Assembly (NCBI GenBank): GCA_023213395.1
Contig: CM041465.1
Location: 94,433,741-94,497,740 of the forward strand
Source: Cycas panzhihuaensis
Lineage: Eukaryota > Plantae > Cycadophyta
Length of the DNA: 64,000 nt
Reading direction: 5' to 3'
This document shows positions 10,643 through 22,700 of the stretch, piece after piece. Both the position numbers and the translations under genes were made by a program. A model generated the notes under the pieces. It saw nothing but the letters and a program-made list of their open reading frames with translations. It was not told the DNA's origin and did no database searches. Numbering within the stretch: position 1 is the stretch's first letter; every line of letters starts with the position of its first letter.

Positions 10643-13600
10643 TGTTCTAAATCATTGATTGCTTAGAATGACATCTACTTCTCCCACATTGAACACGTAA
10701 AAATATTATGTGATAATAACATCACCAGCGAAGAGTTTAAGAGTTTCCATCATACTTTGCTTTGATATAACTTGTCTTTTTGCAACATTTATTTGAAAAT
10801 GGGATGTCCTTGAGGGAAATTATTCAAGGTGTTAAACAAAGATCTTATCAATGAAATTGTGAGTGCTATTCAGATTTACCAAGATTTTAACATCTTACTT
10901 TTTTATGAATCTCTGTAGTTTCAATGCATCTAGTCTGGTGAGATTGCTTATAATTGAAAATGAAATTTTTGGAATGTCATGCTTATGGTTGTAATAGTCC
11001 ACTTGAGGTTAATAATGATCCTCCTAAGATGTCTCTGAATTTTCTTCCTCCTTATCTCCTTTGTCTTCTATTACGGGTGATAATTCATTTGTATATAGTT
11101 GGTTCTTCTAATATTTATGCCTAGGTACCCACTTCTTGGTGCATCTAAAGCACAAACCTTTTCTTTCTTCCTAAGTCTTCTTGTTTTTTGAAGGACTTGT
11201 TTGACTAGTCGATTGGGCCTACCAAAAATGTCCTAGGCCAAACAATTGGTAGTTGACTAGGTCAGGTAAATAGAGAGATATAGAGTCTCATTTTTTCTTT
11301 TCATAGCTTGTTAATTTTATCTTCATGTATTCTGGCTAATTATATTGCCTTCTTAAGATTAGTAAGTCTTGCAGTTTTTACATATACTTGAATCTCCATC
11401 ACTAGGGCATTAATGTACAATTAAATGAGTACTACATAACTTAAATTGGTGAATGCCATATTACATTCTTTTACAGTTCGTTTTTGCTTTAATTTTCGTA
11501 ACTCATAATAATAATTGTGATTAGTTATGACTTTAAATCTTTTGATGAACAAACAAACAAATTCACTCTACGTTAATAATTGGTTTCAGAACGTGGTGTA
11601 CCTTAAAGCTTATCTACCATTCATAAGCAATGTCGTCCATGTACAATGTAGCTAAAAAGACTTGCTTTGTTGGCTCAATTTCTAATAAGCAAAAATATTT
11701 CTTTATTTGTTAAATCCATACTTGCACACATGTGGGTATAACGCTTCGTGATAAGTTGGTTAACAGGTGATGATAGTGTAGCACCTTGGTGCACTGCTAG
11801 GTAGCTAGCGACTGATAATACAACTAATTGTTGTAACATGGTGAAATATCATTGGTCAATTGATACCAGATACTCAACCGATTGTGGGATTTCCTCACTC
11901 TGTGGAACATACAGGCTGGATACGAGATGATCAGGCTATTCACTGGTCAATTTTAAATGCATGGTCACACGATAGGACTTTGCCGCTTGTTGGAATATAT
12001 GCAAGCAAGATATGAGCTGATTATGAGGAGTACTAAATACGCAACCAACCAATGCAAGACTTACCACCAATGGGATACAAAATGAAACATGTGGAGACTT
12101 TGGTGAAATATGCAAGTGAGATATGACATGATCGAGCGGAGGCTAGGCGGACTGCTGCACAGTGCTAGAGTTTGCCCACGCAAAGCTGAAGGCCAGGCAG
12201 ATTACTACATAGTGTTGAAGTATGCCCACAAAAATTTTTCAATTGTGCACTCCCACAAAGTGCTGGATATGAGATATTTAGGGGCCAGCGATAATCTAGT
12301 AATCACGCGTGCCTCCCTTGTGGTGACCAAGCCTATCTGTTATGGACTAAGTAATCCAAAATTGTTTTCTACAGAGCAAAAAGGCTGCTTTAATATCAAT
12401 TGTTTGGGACCTTTAGATAAACGCCAAATTAGAATGTTAGAAAACTATAAGAGACAGTGATAAAAAAGAATTAAGATTAAATGAATAGATGATGCTTGTT
12501 TACAATGAAAGGGCATTTAAATCTTTCAAAAAAGAATTTATGAAAAGATATGATTTTTTGTTTTAAACTAATTTAATTATTTATTAAAAAGATTTATAAC
12601 AACATTATTGTTTTGAAGACAAATTTCCATTACATAGGCATCAAATTTTGTAACTTCATGTACTTATTCCATATTTATGGATACCATACAATTTGCAAAA
12701 TATGAGTGCTTAAATTCAACAACCCAATGATCCTAAGTTTATGTCACAAATGGCTACTTAAAGTTGGCTGGTTTTTTTATGTGTTTTTTAATTCCTATTT
12801 TTTACAAAAAATTTTGTATGAGAATAAGATAAATAATATTTTTATGCCTAACTTTTTACAAAGATTATACTAAAAATTAAATAGAAAAATTTATGATTTA
12901 GTTAAAAATTTTATTAAGGGATTTAAAATTTGAAAGCTTGATTACTTTCTAATGGCTTTTTAATCTTTGTTTTTTCACGTTTTTCACATAGTGGTAATTA
13001 AACTTCATGAGGGCAAAATGTTGTAGGATTAAAAATATTACTCTATGTTAAGGTTTACATCCAAACTAAACCAGAAAAAAAAAAGCTTTTGAAGGGTATA
13101 ACAAAGACGATCCTTATTGACTAAGAAGTTAATTAAGGATCGTAAACCTGAAAAGTGATGACTGACGACAATGCAATTAAAAAAAATTTGGATAGTCAAT
13201 TTAAATCATAATTAAGTGAAAAAAATTATATTAATAAAGACAAAAGGATAATAACACAATTAAATAAAAATTTAAATAACAATTAAATAGAATAAATAAT
13301 AACTTATATTAAATATATAAGTCATCAATTAAGAAAAAATTGAAAATAAAAAATAATATGCTAGAATATATTCCTATTTTAACAATCTAAAGAACTCCTT
13401 GGCGTGCTGTGTCTGTTGAGAGCTGATAAGAATACTGATGTATAGACAGACTGAAAATGGAAGATGGAACAGGCAGGTGGAAGACAAACAACGAAAAATG
13501 AAGATACGGACGAATTTACACAGTACGGAGTACAACTGGAGAGTAGGAAACCTATATGGGAGGCCAGATCGGGGTCGAATACCACTTTGGTGCGATCCCA

Positions 13601-13799
13601 AGCAGTCCGGGCCAGCCCAAGTGATGAAAAAGCAAATTGATAAATTTTTTGAAGATAAATAAAATTTTCAAAACTCAATAATAATACAGTTTTTCTGCCT
13701 TTCGTCTTTTTATACATATTTGTTGGAGCGTTCAATGGAGCAGACCCATTTTTGATTTAAAGTCGATTACACATTTCATAGATCTTCAAACTCGCATTC

Positions 13800-14620
13800 T
13801 TTATTAAAAGTTCCTTCTAGTGGATCTGGGTAGATTTTGAGGTGGTACATGTAGGTTGTTCCCTTGCTTCCTATGTGTCCTACAGCTAGTTCAGCAAGTA
13901 GGCGAAATATTTTATTATTCTCATATGGCTCTGCTAGTTTTTTTACCTAGGATGCAGATTCTGAACATAAACTCACTATTGGCCCAGTTCCAATAGTGGT
14001 CGATGAGGCCATATATTCATTTGAAATTTTCTTGATATTTTGCCCATTTGAACTCGAGGGCATTGTGGCTGGTTTTCCTTCATTGGAAACCTTGAAAGTG
14101 AATTTACCCCAATTTCAGATTGTTTTTGTGTCTTGCAACTAGGGTCTGTTGAGTAGTGTTGGATATGTCTCTTTTGTGGTTTTGCGTGTGCACTATTGTG
14201 AAATCCAAAACTACTGTAATACTAGCAACTGTTATTGGGACTCCTAAGAGAATACCCACTGGTTGTACCGGCAGTTGGTTTGCCAACCTAATGGAGTAAT
14301 ATGGAGCCACAATTAGTGATTTTCTTAGCAAAATTCAAGTGGCTTCTGGTAGGACATTGACTCCTAATCTCCCATCAATTAATGTTTTGCAGATGGTTTC
14401 TCCAAAGAAAATTATAGGCACACAGGGATCAGTGGCATTATTCTTCAAGGCAATCAATATTAGGTTGCTCAATTTGGTCCAATAGTACCTGCTGAAAGTT
14501 ACCTGCTTCCCATCTATGGAAATGATAGTACTCCTATTTTCCTGAAAAAAACTCTCTCATGCAGAGAAAATGAGACCAATGGCAGGATTAATTTGAATAT
14601 TCTTTGCAAATCTAGCAGTG
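13800..14620 (-). mobile_element. Ty3/gypsy fragment (aspartic protease region)
   Basis: Minus-strand translation LIDG..GVNVL, IRLANQLPVQPVGIL.GVPITVASITVVLDFTIV, Y..LL.RP(W)L matches gypsy protease. No LTRs seen, so boundaries are approximate. Confidence 0.75.
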
Positions 14621-15274
14621 ACACCGCTTAACTATGTCGTTTTCAGCGGCTGCCAAAAGAGGAGTGCTGGCTTAAGTGGTGACTGCTTAGGATATGATGA
14701 AACCATGTGGCATCAAAAAGTTCATCACTCCTTCCAGTTTTTGTTTCTCCCACCAAATTCATTTTGGCAATTTCCTATTTTACTTTTTCCCATTGGCTGT
14801 TTTTTCCATTTATACTTATATTTTGTAGGGTTATTGAGTGAAATGTGGAAATCCATGGTACTTTATTTACCCCTTATCAGCCTAGCAACTCCTGGAATGT
14901 CTTTGCAGCTGCTGTTGAGAAAAAATGGACTGTCTAGTAATAATGCATATGATGGCTTTCATTCTGTGACTGAGCATATTTGTTTACAATTTTGCTCGAA
15001 GCATTGTATGCCACTTGATTGAAAAATTACTCCTTGTATGCTTCTATTTTGAAAGTTTGTTTATATTTCTGTTTTCTAACTGTTTCAAAATTGGCAAAAC
15101 AATCTGGCTGGATAAATAATTGGAATCCAATGGATATAGTTGCTGGTTGATTTGTTGTTATAGAGGTTTGTCAACTGTCACTATGGATGTAACATACCCT
15201 ATCTGCAGGGTTGTTCTAGCTTATGTTATCATTTACAAAACATTTGACACTTTTTTATGGGGGGTTTATTCCAG

Positions 15275-15346
15275 TTTTATACGAAACTGGAAGAGAAATT
15301 AAATGCTAAGGAGGCTGAGATGAATCAGATTCAAGCAAAGACACAG
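15275..15346 (+). CDS. WDL: WVD2-like / TPX2 C-terminal domain protein, internal exon (FYTKLEEKLNAKEAEMNQIQAKTQ)
   Basis: ttccag acceptor, gt donor, 72 nt phase 0, KLEEK signature of the WVD2/WDL family. The AKEAEMNQIQAKTQ wording resembles the WDL7-type subgroup. Confidence 0.92.
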
Positions 15347-15702
15347 GTTTGATTCAGACCTGACATTCAAGCATCAAGTTTTGATTTGATTTGATTTGAT
15401 TTTTTTAAGGCAGAAAGGAGAGAGAAAGTACAAGTTGTTAATTACAGATTAAGTTAAGCAACAAGTTTAACTGATGATCAGATTTATCGTGTATTAATTG
15501 AATATATACCATCCCATTCTCTGTAAGATACAGAAACTAGTTCAAACTCTTTTGTTTCCTCTTTCGGTAGAGGATGGTTCTGAGTCAGTCATTTGCTTGT
15601 TTCTTTTCCGTGGCTACTGAATGATCTAGTCTGAAACTTCTCTGAAGTTTCATTTATGTTCGGTGGTTAGCTGGTGATATGTTTGGTCTTTTTCCATCAC
15701 AG

Positions 15703-15813
15703 GCAGAATTGAAGGCTGAAATAAAACTATTGCGTAGGAGCCTTAATTTCAAAGCTACACCCATGCCTACTTTCTACCAGGAATTGGTACCACCAAAGGC
15801 ACAAATAAAGAAG
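15703..15813 (+). CDS. WDL: WVD2-like / TPX2 domain protein, internal exon ([37 protein letters not shown])
   Basis: cacag acceptor, gtatga donor, 111 nt phase 0, canonical LR.SL.FKATPMP.FY TPX2 motif. Confidence 0.93.
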
Positions 15814-16459
15814 GTATGAATTATTGGAACTTGCACATAGAAATTGCAAATATCTCTGTTCGTTACTATTGATGTCCAATCTACAATCATCATGCATATA
15901 TACATGTTTGGTGCTCTTTCATGAAGAGGTATGACCCATTGGCATACCCATTCCTAAATAATAATTAATTGAGGATAATTGTTTGATTAGGTACATGATA
16001 TCCTTTATCTAGCACCATGGTTTATCAGGTTCTTTAGCAAATGTAGCTACTGGATTTTCCTACATATGTTTAGTGAAACTAAGTTGCACAGCTGCTTCTG
16101 TCCATTTTCTGCCACACTCACACCTCCTGTGTCCACATGTTAGCTCTCCTGCTATCCCAAGGAATTGAACCACACTGATGCAGTCATAGTTTGGGAATAT
16201 TCTGACAACACTCCCACAACTGATGCACCTGCAAGCAACATGCAATCTTCGTTCAGATTCCATTCCTTCTCAAAATGGCTTCTATACTGCACCACCAAAC
16301 CATTGAAAATCCATGCCCTCTGTTTATTCTCTTGCTCAGAAAGGCTTTGTGCCTAATTATAATGCTTGAAACACTGGTTGCTTTGTTGTTTGACTTGCTG
16401 GCTCATTTGTATTTTGTTTGTAAAGGTTAACACTGGAAGTGTTTCGACGATTGCTGCAG

Positions 16460-17278
16460 GTCCCACCAACTTTTGCAAAGTTGCCAAAGCTTGCGAGGAA
16501 GAATGATACTACTGCTTCTCAGATAGATTCAGATGGTAGTTCTATACCGTCTCATAAGACTGTTTCTGAAAAAGAAGTCAAGTACAGTTGTTTAGTAGAG
16601 AAGCACATTGATCTGTCAGAGAAAAATGGCAAGCTTCCATCAGCTAGTGAGAGAACTCCCTATTTAAAAAAGGCACAGAAGGCAGCCTCAACAAATCGTT
16701 TAGGTGGAAATAACTTAAAATCTAAAGTTCCAAGTAATGGGAATATGAAATCAGTATTTATATATCCTGCTGAAACAGAGAGTTGTTCAACAAAAGCAGT
16801 TTGTGATGAATTGGAACTAAAGAATTCCAATGTGATTGAACATCCATCCCTAACCAAGGAAAGCAACAGACAAAGTGCTAATATGTCTTATGGCAAGACA
16901 CAGTCATTGCATGGTGACAGTCTGTTGGGTGGCAAGCAACAGGATTTAACAAATGATATATCTGCAGAATCCAAAGAGATGCCTGATGAGAGCAGAAGAA
17001 ATATTCAAGTTGGTGCAAGTGCTAACAGTGAAATGACCAAAGACAAAGGTGAATCACAGATGATTGTGAACACTCAAGTGAAGGTGGAGTTACAGAAGAT
17101 TGACAGTGCCAAAGACAAGGTTGCTGTACAGAAGAGCAATGGAGTCAGAGACAAAGACTATAATACGGGTATTACTGGAAATCGTCCCAAGCTTAAAGCA
17201 AAGGCTCAACAGCATGCCTCACCCAATGACAATCAAGAATCTAAGGACAGAATTGTTAAGCCAGCAAAACATGATTGA
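16460..17278 (+). CDS. WDL: WVD2-like / TPX2 domain protein, terminal exon with long disordered basic tail
   Basis: ctgcag acceptor. Begins VPPTFAKLPKLARK (family consensus IPPTRAKSPKLGRR) and is open for 272 codons to TGA (ORF 16439..17278). Confidence 0.88.
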   Translation, partial: VPPTFAKLPKLARKNDTTASQIDSDGSSIPSHKTVSEKEVKYSCLVEKHIDLSEKNGKLPSASERTPYLKKAQKAASTNRLGGNNLKSKVPSNGNMKSVFIYPAETESCSTKAVCDELELKNSNVIEHPSLTKESNRQSANMSYGKTQSLHGDSLLGGKQQDLTNDISAESKEMPDESRRNIQVGASANSEMTKDKGESQMIVNTQVKVELQKIDSAKDKVAVQKSNGVRDKDYNTGITGNRPKLKAKAQQHASPNDNQESKDRIVKPAKHD

Positions 17279-19782
17279 CAAAGTTTCGCAACATCTGCTG
17301 GGAGTGTGAAACTGCGCCAATGCCGGTATGAAGTATGCCATTAAAGGCAGTACAGGATCGGCCTGCTTGATTGCAGATGGAGCCGTTGCCTCATAGATTA
17401 AGTAAGCTGTTATTGGATTCATAGGAGCCGCCCCAGCTTACATGTATATGGATAAATCCAGTATCTGTTGAGCTATGCTTGTAGACCTACAGAGAGTTCC
17501 CATTCTGCGCCCTAAAGTACATCAAAGATGCAGTTTCCGCTACAGTTGGAAGGTAAGCCATTGGAGAAATGACCACAGGCTGGGTATTGACTGGATAAAT
17601 TTGAAGCTTTTGGTAGAGCTCTAAAGGGTGAAATGAGAATCTAGTTGCACTGGAGTTTTCACTACAGGGCTTCATATCGAATAAGGGTTCTATAGTATCT
17701 TGAAGTTATAGGATTTGCATCCTCTTAGAGGTCTGTATAACTTGTTGAAGGGTTTGGTAGCAACTTCCACCAATGTTTGTTTGTTCTGGATAATCACCTC
17801 GACAGAATGATGCTTTGTGAATTGTAAAATAATGGGATTAAAAATTCTTGCATGCTTTATTAACTGGTTTCACCATGAGGCAAGGGGAAACATTTCCTGC
17901 CCATTTTTCTCTTAGGGACTTAAAACATATCCGACCATGATACCGTTGGGAATGTAAACAAATCTCGTATGTGGGGAAGAAGTGGGTGAGAAAACTACAA
18001 TGGGTTTTTGAAGAAGAATTGTCCATTATTTTTGTAACCCATAGAAGGATCATGGATTATTATTATTATTATACCCCTTAGGGGGACTTAGGTGTGTGAA
18101 ATATAGAGAGAATGTTTGGTAGAGGAAGTCATCATTTATATAAGGGATATTTGGAAGATCCTCAAAGATGAGTTTCGCCTCACTTGGTGTCTTTTCACTT
18201 TATTCCATGACTTTTCATGTGACTCTTGCATGGTATTATTTAAAGATGAGGTGGAAGGGCAATAGCAAGAATGGATGAATTTTTTGATGTTTGTTTTTAT
18301 GAGTAAGTTTGTTAGGAGAGTTATACCAAAGTGAGCCAAGAGGAATGCTTCTGTGTATATAACACGAGAGTTTTAGCCTAGCTTATGCATGAAAGGGTTT
18401 AAAAGCTAAATGTGGAAGTTAAATAGGTTAATTAGGTTTAATTGGGATGAGTGGGCTTAGTTGTGTTTAATTAATAACTAATTTAAGAAATCTAAGGGAC
18501 GCGGATATTGGTGAAAGGATTATGATGACAAGTCAAATTAGTCTATATAGGTGTCATTTTCATTATAGTTAATGCTGTAATATATTTGCGTTTAAACTTA
18601 CATAGGTCTTTTGACCTTTGGTACCACCTTGTATGATCAGGACTATTTTAAGTGGTATTAAGGGTTCCTATCTTATGTTGTGGAATTATTTCTTATTTTG
18701 TTCTCACCAATTAATCCAACTTACCATGTGCTAATTCTTTATTATTATTAGTCAAACTCTCTCTAACAATTCATCTCCTTATTCTCATTATTGTTCTTTA
18801 TCTCCATCATCTTCTCTTAATTTGGCATCTCTCTAATTAGTAACTTCTATGATCACTTTGCTTATTTTGTTCAAGTGATACCTTCTATATCCACTTATCT
18901 ATCATTATTTCCCATTTTTTTCCTTTCATTTACACATTCCAACATGCTTGACTGGATTTCTTTACCCTCCACCTATTTTTCGTACCTCCCTATTCTTTTC
19001 TTACATCCCATCCCTCTATCTATTCCAGTTGCCACCATCATTATCTATCAACAATTCATTGGTGGCCAATGTCTACCTCATGCAACTAACAATCACCTTG
19101 ATGAAGTCTACCTAGCATTCCTCAAATGCACCACCATAGAGTCCTATGTTCTTGCTATCATAAAAAAATTCTCAAGACTTCCCAAGGTTTACAATATTTC
19201 CCCATCACATAATAGGATATTCCCTTCAAACTCAAACTAAAAGTTAGATAACCAATCCGAGGTATTTAACAAGCATTTGTAAAATAATGCTACCACTACA
19301 AGAATGGACAAAGAAGACTTAAAAAGAAGCCTTAACAAAGGCCATGAAATAACCCAAGGGTTCATTGATCAATCAATTGAAATGCAATGCATTATATAGG
19401 CCAAGTGAATGCACCCAATATTACTAGACTTTAATTGATAGACAAAAAGACCATAAAAAACAATGGATTTAAACTCTAGAAATTGCACAATGGGTTTATT
19501 TACGACCATTGAGAAAAAAGATTTGACCAAGGAGTCATATTTGAAATTAAGAATCAATAATTCACACCATTGAGAATAAGGGAAAATGAGACAACTGACA
19601 TTATGGAACAAAAATAACATTGCTAGCATGTGAATAGAGAAATTGGAATTGTATTTTATATTCCTCCCTATAAAGGAAGATTAAAATAAGATAATGTTTA
19701 TATGATTGAAAGAGTCTAAGATTGGTGGATAATGTGGCCTTAGGAACAAGAAGTGCAAGGCATAGAGACATTCATCTAATAT

Positions 19783-22700
19783 TGTCAGCATGGCAATTAA
19801 TTATTAAGCCACTTGTTAATATTAATGTGTGGTTTAATTATGTGATTAACGAAAATGTGTGAGTTATTCGGAGAGACACAACCTTTAAGGGTTGACACCT
19901 CTTAGGAATTATAAATATCCTAAAGTCCCCTATATATTCATGTCAATCAAGTTGAAATCAAGGCAATTGATAGATTTTTGTGGTGGATTTTTTTTGAAAG
20001 GGTTTTGTCATGTATATCTTGTATACTATGCAATTGTTCTCTGTTGATTTTGTTTGTTTGCTTGTTGTTATGGAAAAGATTCTGCAGTATGTAAATATGT
20101 ATACATTCATTCATGTTTTTTAACATGGTATTAGGGCCATAAGGTCCTACACAGTTGAAGCTGGAGTTGAGTGGAGTGATAAGATCATAGGTTATTGGAT
20201 AAAGTCAATAGAGCCCAAGTTTCTTGAGAATTTTTTCTTCTCCAACAATTTGCAGAGTAGGCATAGTGGTCAATGGTCATTGAGAAGGTGAAACTCATCT
20301 ATTAACAAGGTTAGTACACAATTTGGAGTCAAAAATCAAACTTGCAAGCCTTTTTAGATTGAGTTGGGTTTATTGTGGAGTCATTTGAAGCTGCTTGGGT
20401 GTGTTGGGCACTATCTAAAGCCAATGGAGCAAGCTCTGAAGGAGATTCAATAGTGTTGGGCGTCATTGAATATCATACAAACAAGTTTGGCTTTATTTTG
20501 AAAGAGTTTGATTATTGGCATTAAAAATCAATAATTTACATCAAGGAAATCTAATTTTCTTACCTGAGAGCGAGATTGCATCCATATAAGGTGGTTTTCT
20601 GTCTGTAATAACGCCATTGGGCAGCATTTATAACTATATGTTAGAACTTCCTTATGTATGTTGATTGACGCTGGAGATTAGGCAACTTTGTAAAGCCCAT
20701 GACCCTATTTTCTCTTTGTTCTGAATATAATTTGCATAGAGGGGACCGTAGACCTACTTGAGTGTGAAAGTGATTGCATATGGTTGAAATTCTAGGCTGT
20801 ATAAGGTGTTGATAAGTTATAGAGAGTTCAGACGTCTCTATGCAGGTCACAACCCCTCATATGACAGTCGCATCTCTAAATCACGACGTTTGAAGTCGGC
20901 TCACAGGTATTGAGGGATATTTCACATATATTAAGGTTTTTTAAACTTTACTCATTCCTTAATATTTGTTTATATTTGATTTACACCATATGCATTGAGT
21001 GAAAAGTTGTGTGAGTTTTGTGGACAACCGCCAATTTTAGAATATGCCTTTGGCATATTCCATTATAAATTAGAACTCATAACCTTTGAAAAGCCATTGA
21101 AATAATGTGTTGTGTATACAACATTGTGCATTGGGTGTTTTCTATCAAATCTGGAGATCATTGAAGGCAATTTTTTATTGGAATCTAATTTGGATGTCAT
21201 ACCAACCACTGTTACATTGAGATTTCCTATTTTGTGAAGCATTTTTTATGGATTTTGAGTGTTTTCCGAAGCTATTTAAATGATTGGAGAACCATTTTAA
21301 GTCCCAATGCTATTGAGTTGGTTGTTGGTGGTTGGTTTTTGGCTTGCATAACCATTAATTTATATACCCCAACATATGTGCTTGCGAAGAAGAACAGAGT
21401 GAAGTTGGTGTCATGCAAAAGACTAGAAGTCTAGTAATTTGGTATTATTGACTTATTTTTGAAGCTCATTTCTTGAGAATGGATAAATTAATGCCTAAAG
21501 TTATCTTTAATGGCAATAACTTCGGTGAATGGAAGGTTAATATAGAATTAATACTTATGCTAAATCAACTCTAGGCAATAACAAAGACGAAAGTGGACAC
21601 AATTTCACTTGGCCACAAAGAACGAGTTTGATTTTAGGAGAAGCAACTCATGGCAGTTAGATTGTTGAAACTATCACTGGTGCTAGACCAAAGAGCGTTG
21701 GTTTATAATCTTGACCAACTAGATGAAATTTAGGCAAAGTTGTGTGAAACTTTTAAGAAGAAGACGAGTAGGTGTCTTGCTTTGATGTTGGGGCTTCTCA
21801 ATTCAACGGTGAAAGATGAGACCAATATAAGCACCTACTTGAATAAAGTCATTGATTTAAAGAATAAGTTAGAGGAGTTGAAATCAAATTTGATTAATAA
21901 TGCACTGTCGTTTACAGTAATTATATCAAAACTGCTAGTTGCATTTGTAACTTTCGAGACCATTTATGATAGATATGAGGTGATGGAGGGTGAAATATTT
22001 GATAGTATTAAAAATCTCATTCTAGTTGATGATGCCAAGCTTAAACACCATAGGATGCTTGGTAGTTTCCATGGAAATCGGGCCTTAGTCATGAAGATGT
22101 AGAGGAGAGAGACCGTTTCAGAAGAAAAGTTCACATAGAGAACAGGGAAAGAAACTCAAGAGAAGAAAAACTTCACTAGTGAATGCAACTACTACAAGAA
22201 GAAAGGTCATAGAGAGAAGAACTATTGGTTCAAAAGACGGGATAAACACAAAGCTAGGCAAGATGATAAAGGGAAGAGTGTTGCAACACACTGTGTCAGT
22301 CTTATTAGCCGAATCAAGTCAAAGAAATTTTGGAGTTCACAAGTAAAACTTTAATGCATGGAATGTAGATCCTAGTAATGTTGAGATTATCCTTGGAGAT
22401 GCTCGTGTTTTTAGTCGAAGGTGTTGGTGACGTATCCTTGACAGGTGATAAATTTAAGGGGTATATTATGTACCAAAGATTCAGATGAATTTACTTTCAA
22501 TCTGAGAAATCTATAAATAAGGAATGAAGGTTAAGCTTTATAAAGATAGATATTTGATTAAGGACCCAAAACATAATTTCTCTATCATAGCTACTGGGAA
22601 AGTAAGGGATAATTTTTGGGTGTTTGTAAAGTTTCAATCCTAGAAGAAATCTTATGCTTTTGTTGCCAGCACTGATGATATAAGTTGGTGCATGATCACC

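Noticed and set aside
10682-10730. TCCCACATTG resembling the plant snRNA upstream sequence element
   Set aside because: No TATA at Pol II or Pol III spacing and no recognisable snRNA downstream; the motif is also common in LTRs.
11767-11815. GTGATGA...CTGA as a C/D box snoRNA
   Set aside because: Only ~50 nt, no terminal stem, and no rRNA complementarity that I could recognise.
12110-12460. 116-aa ORF as a host gene or upstream WDL exon
   Set aside because: No family motif, no link by splice phase or similarity to WDL N-termini.
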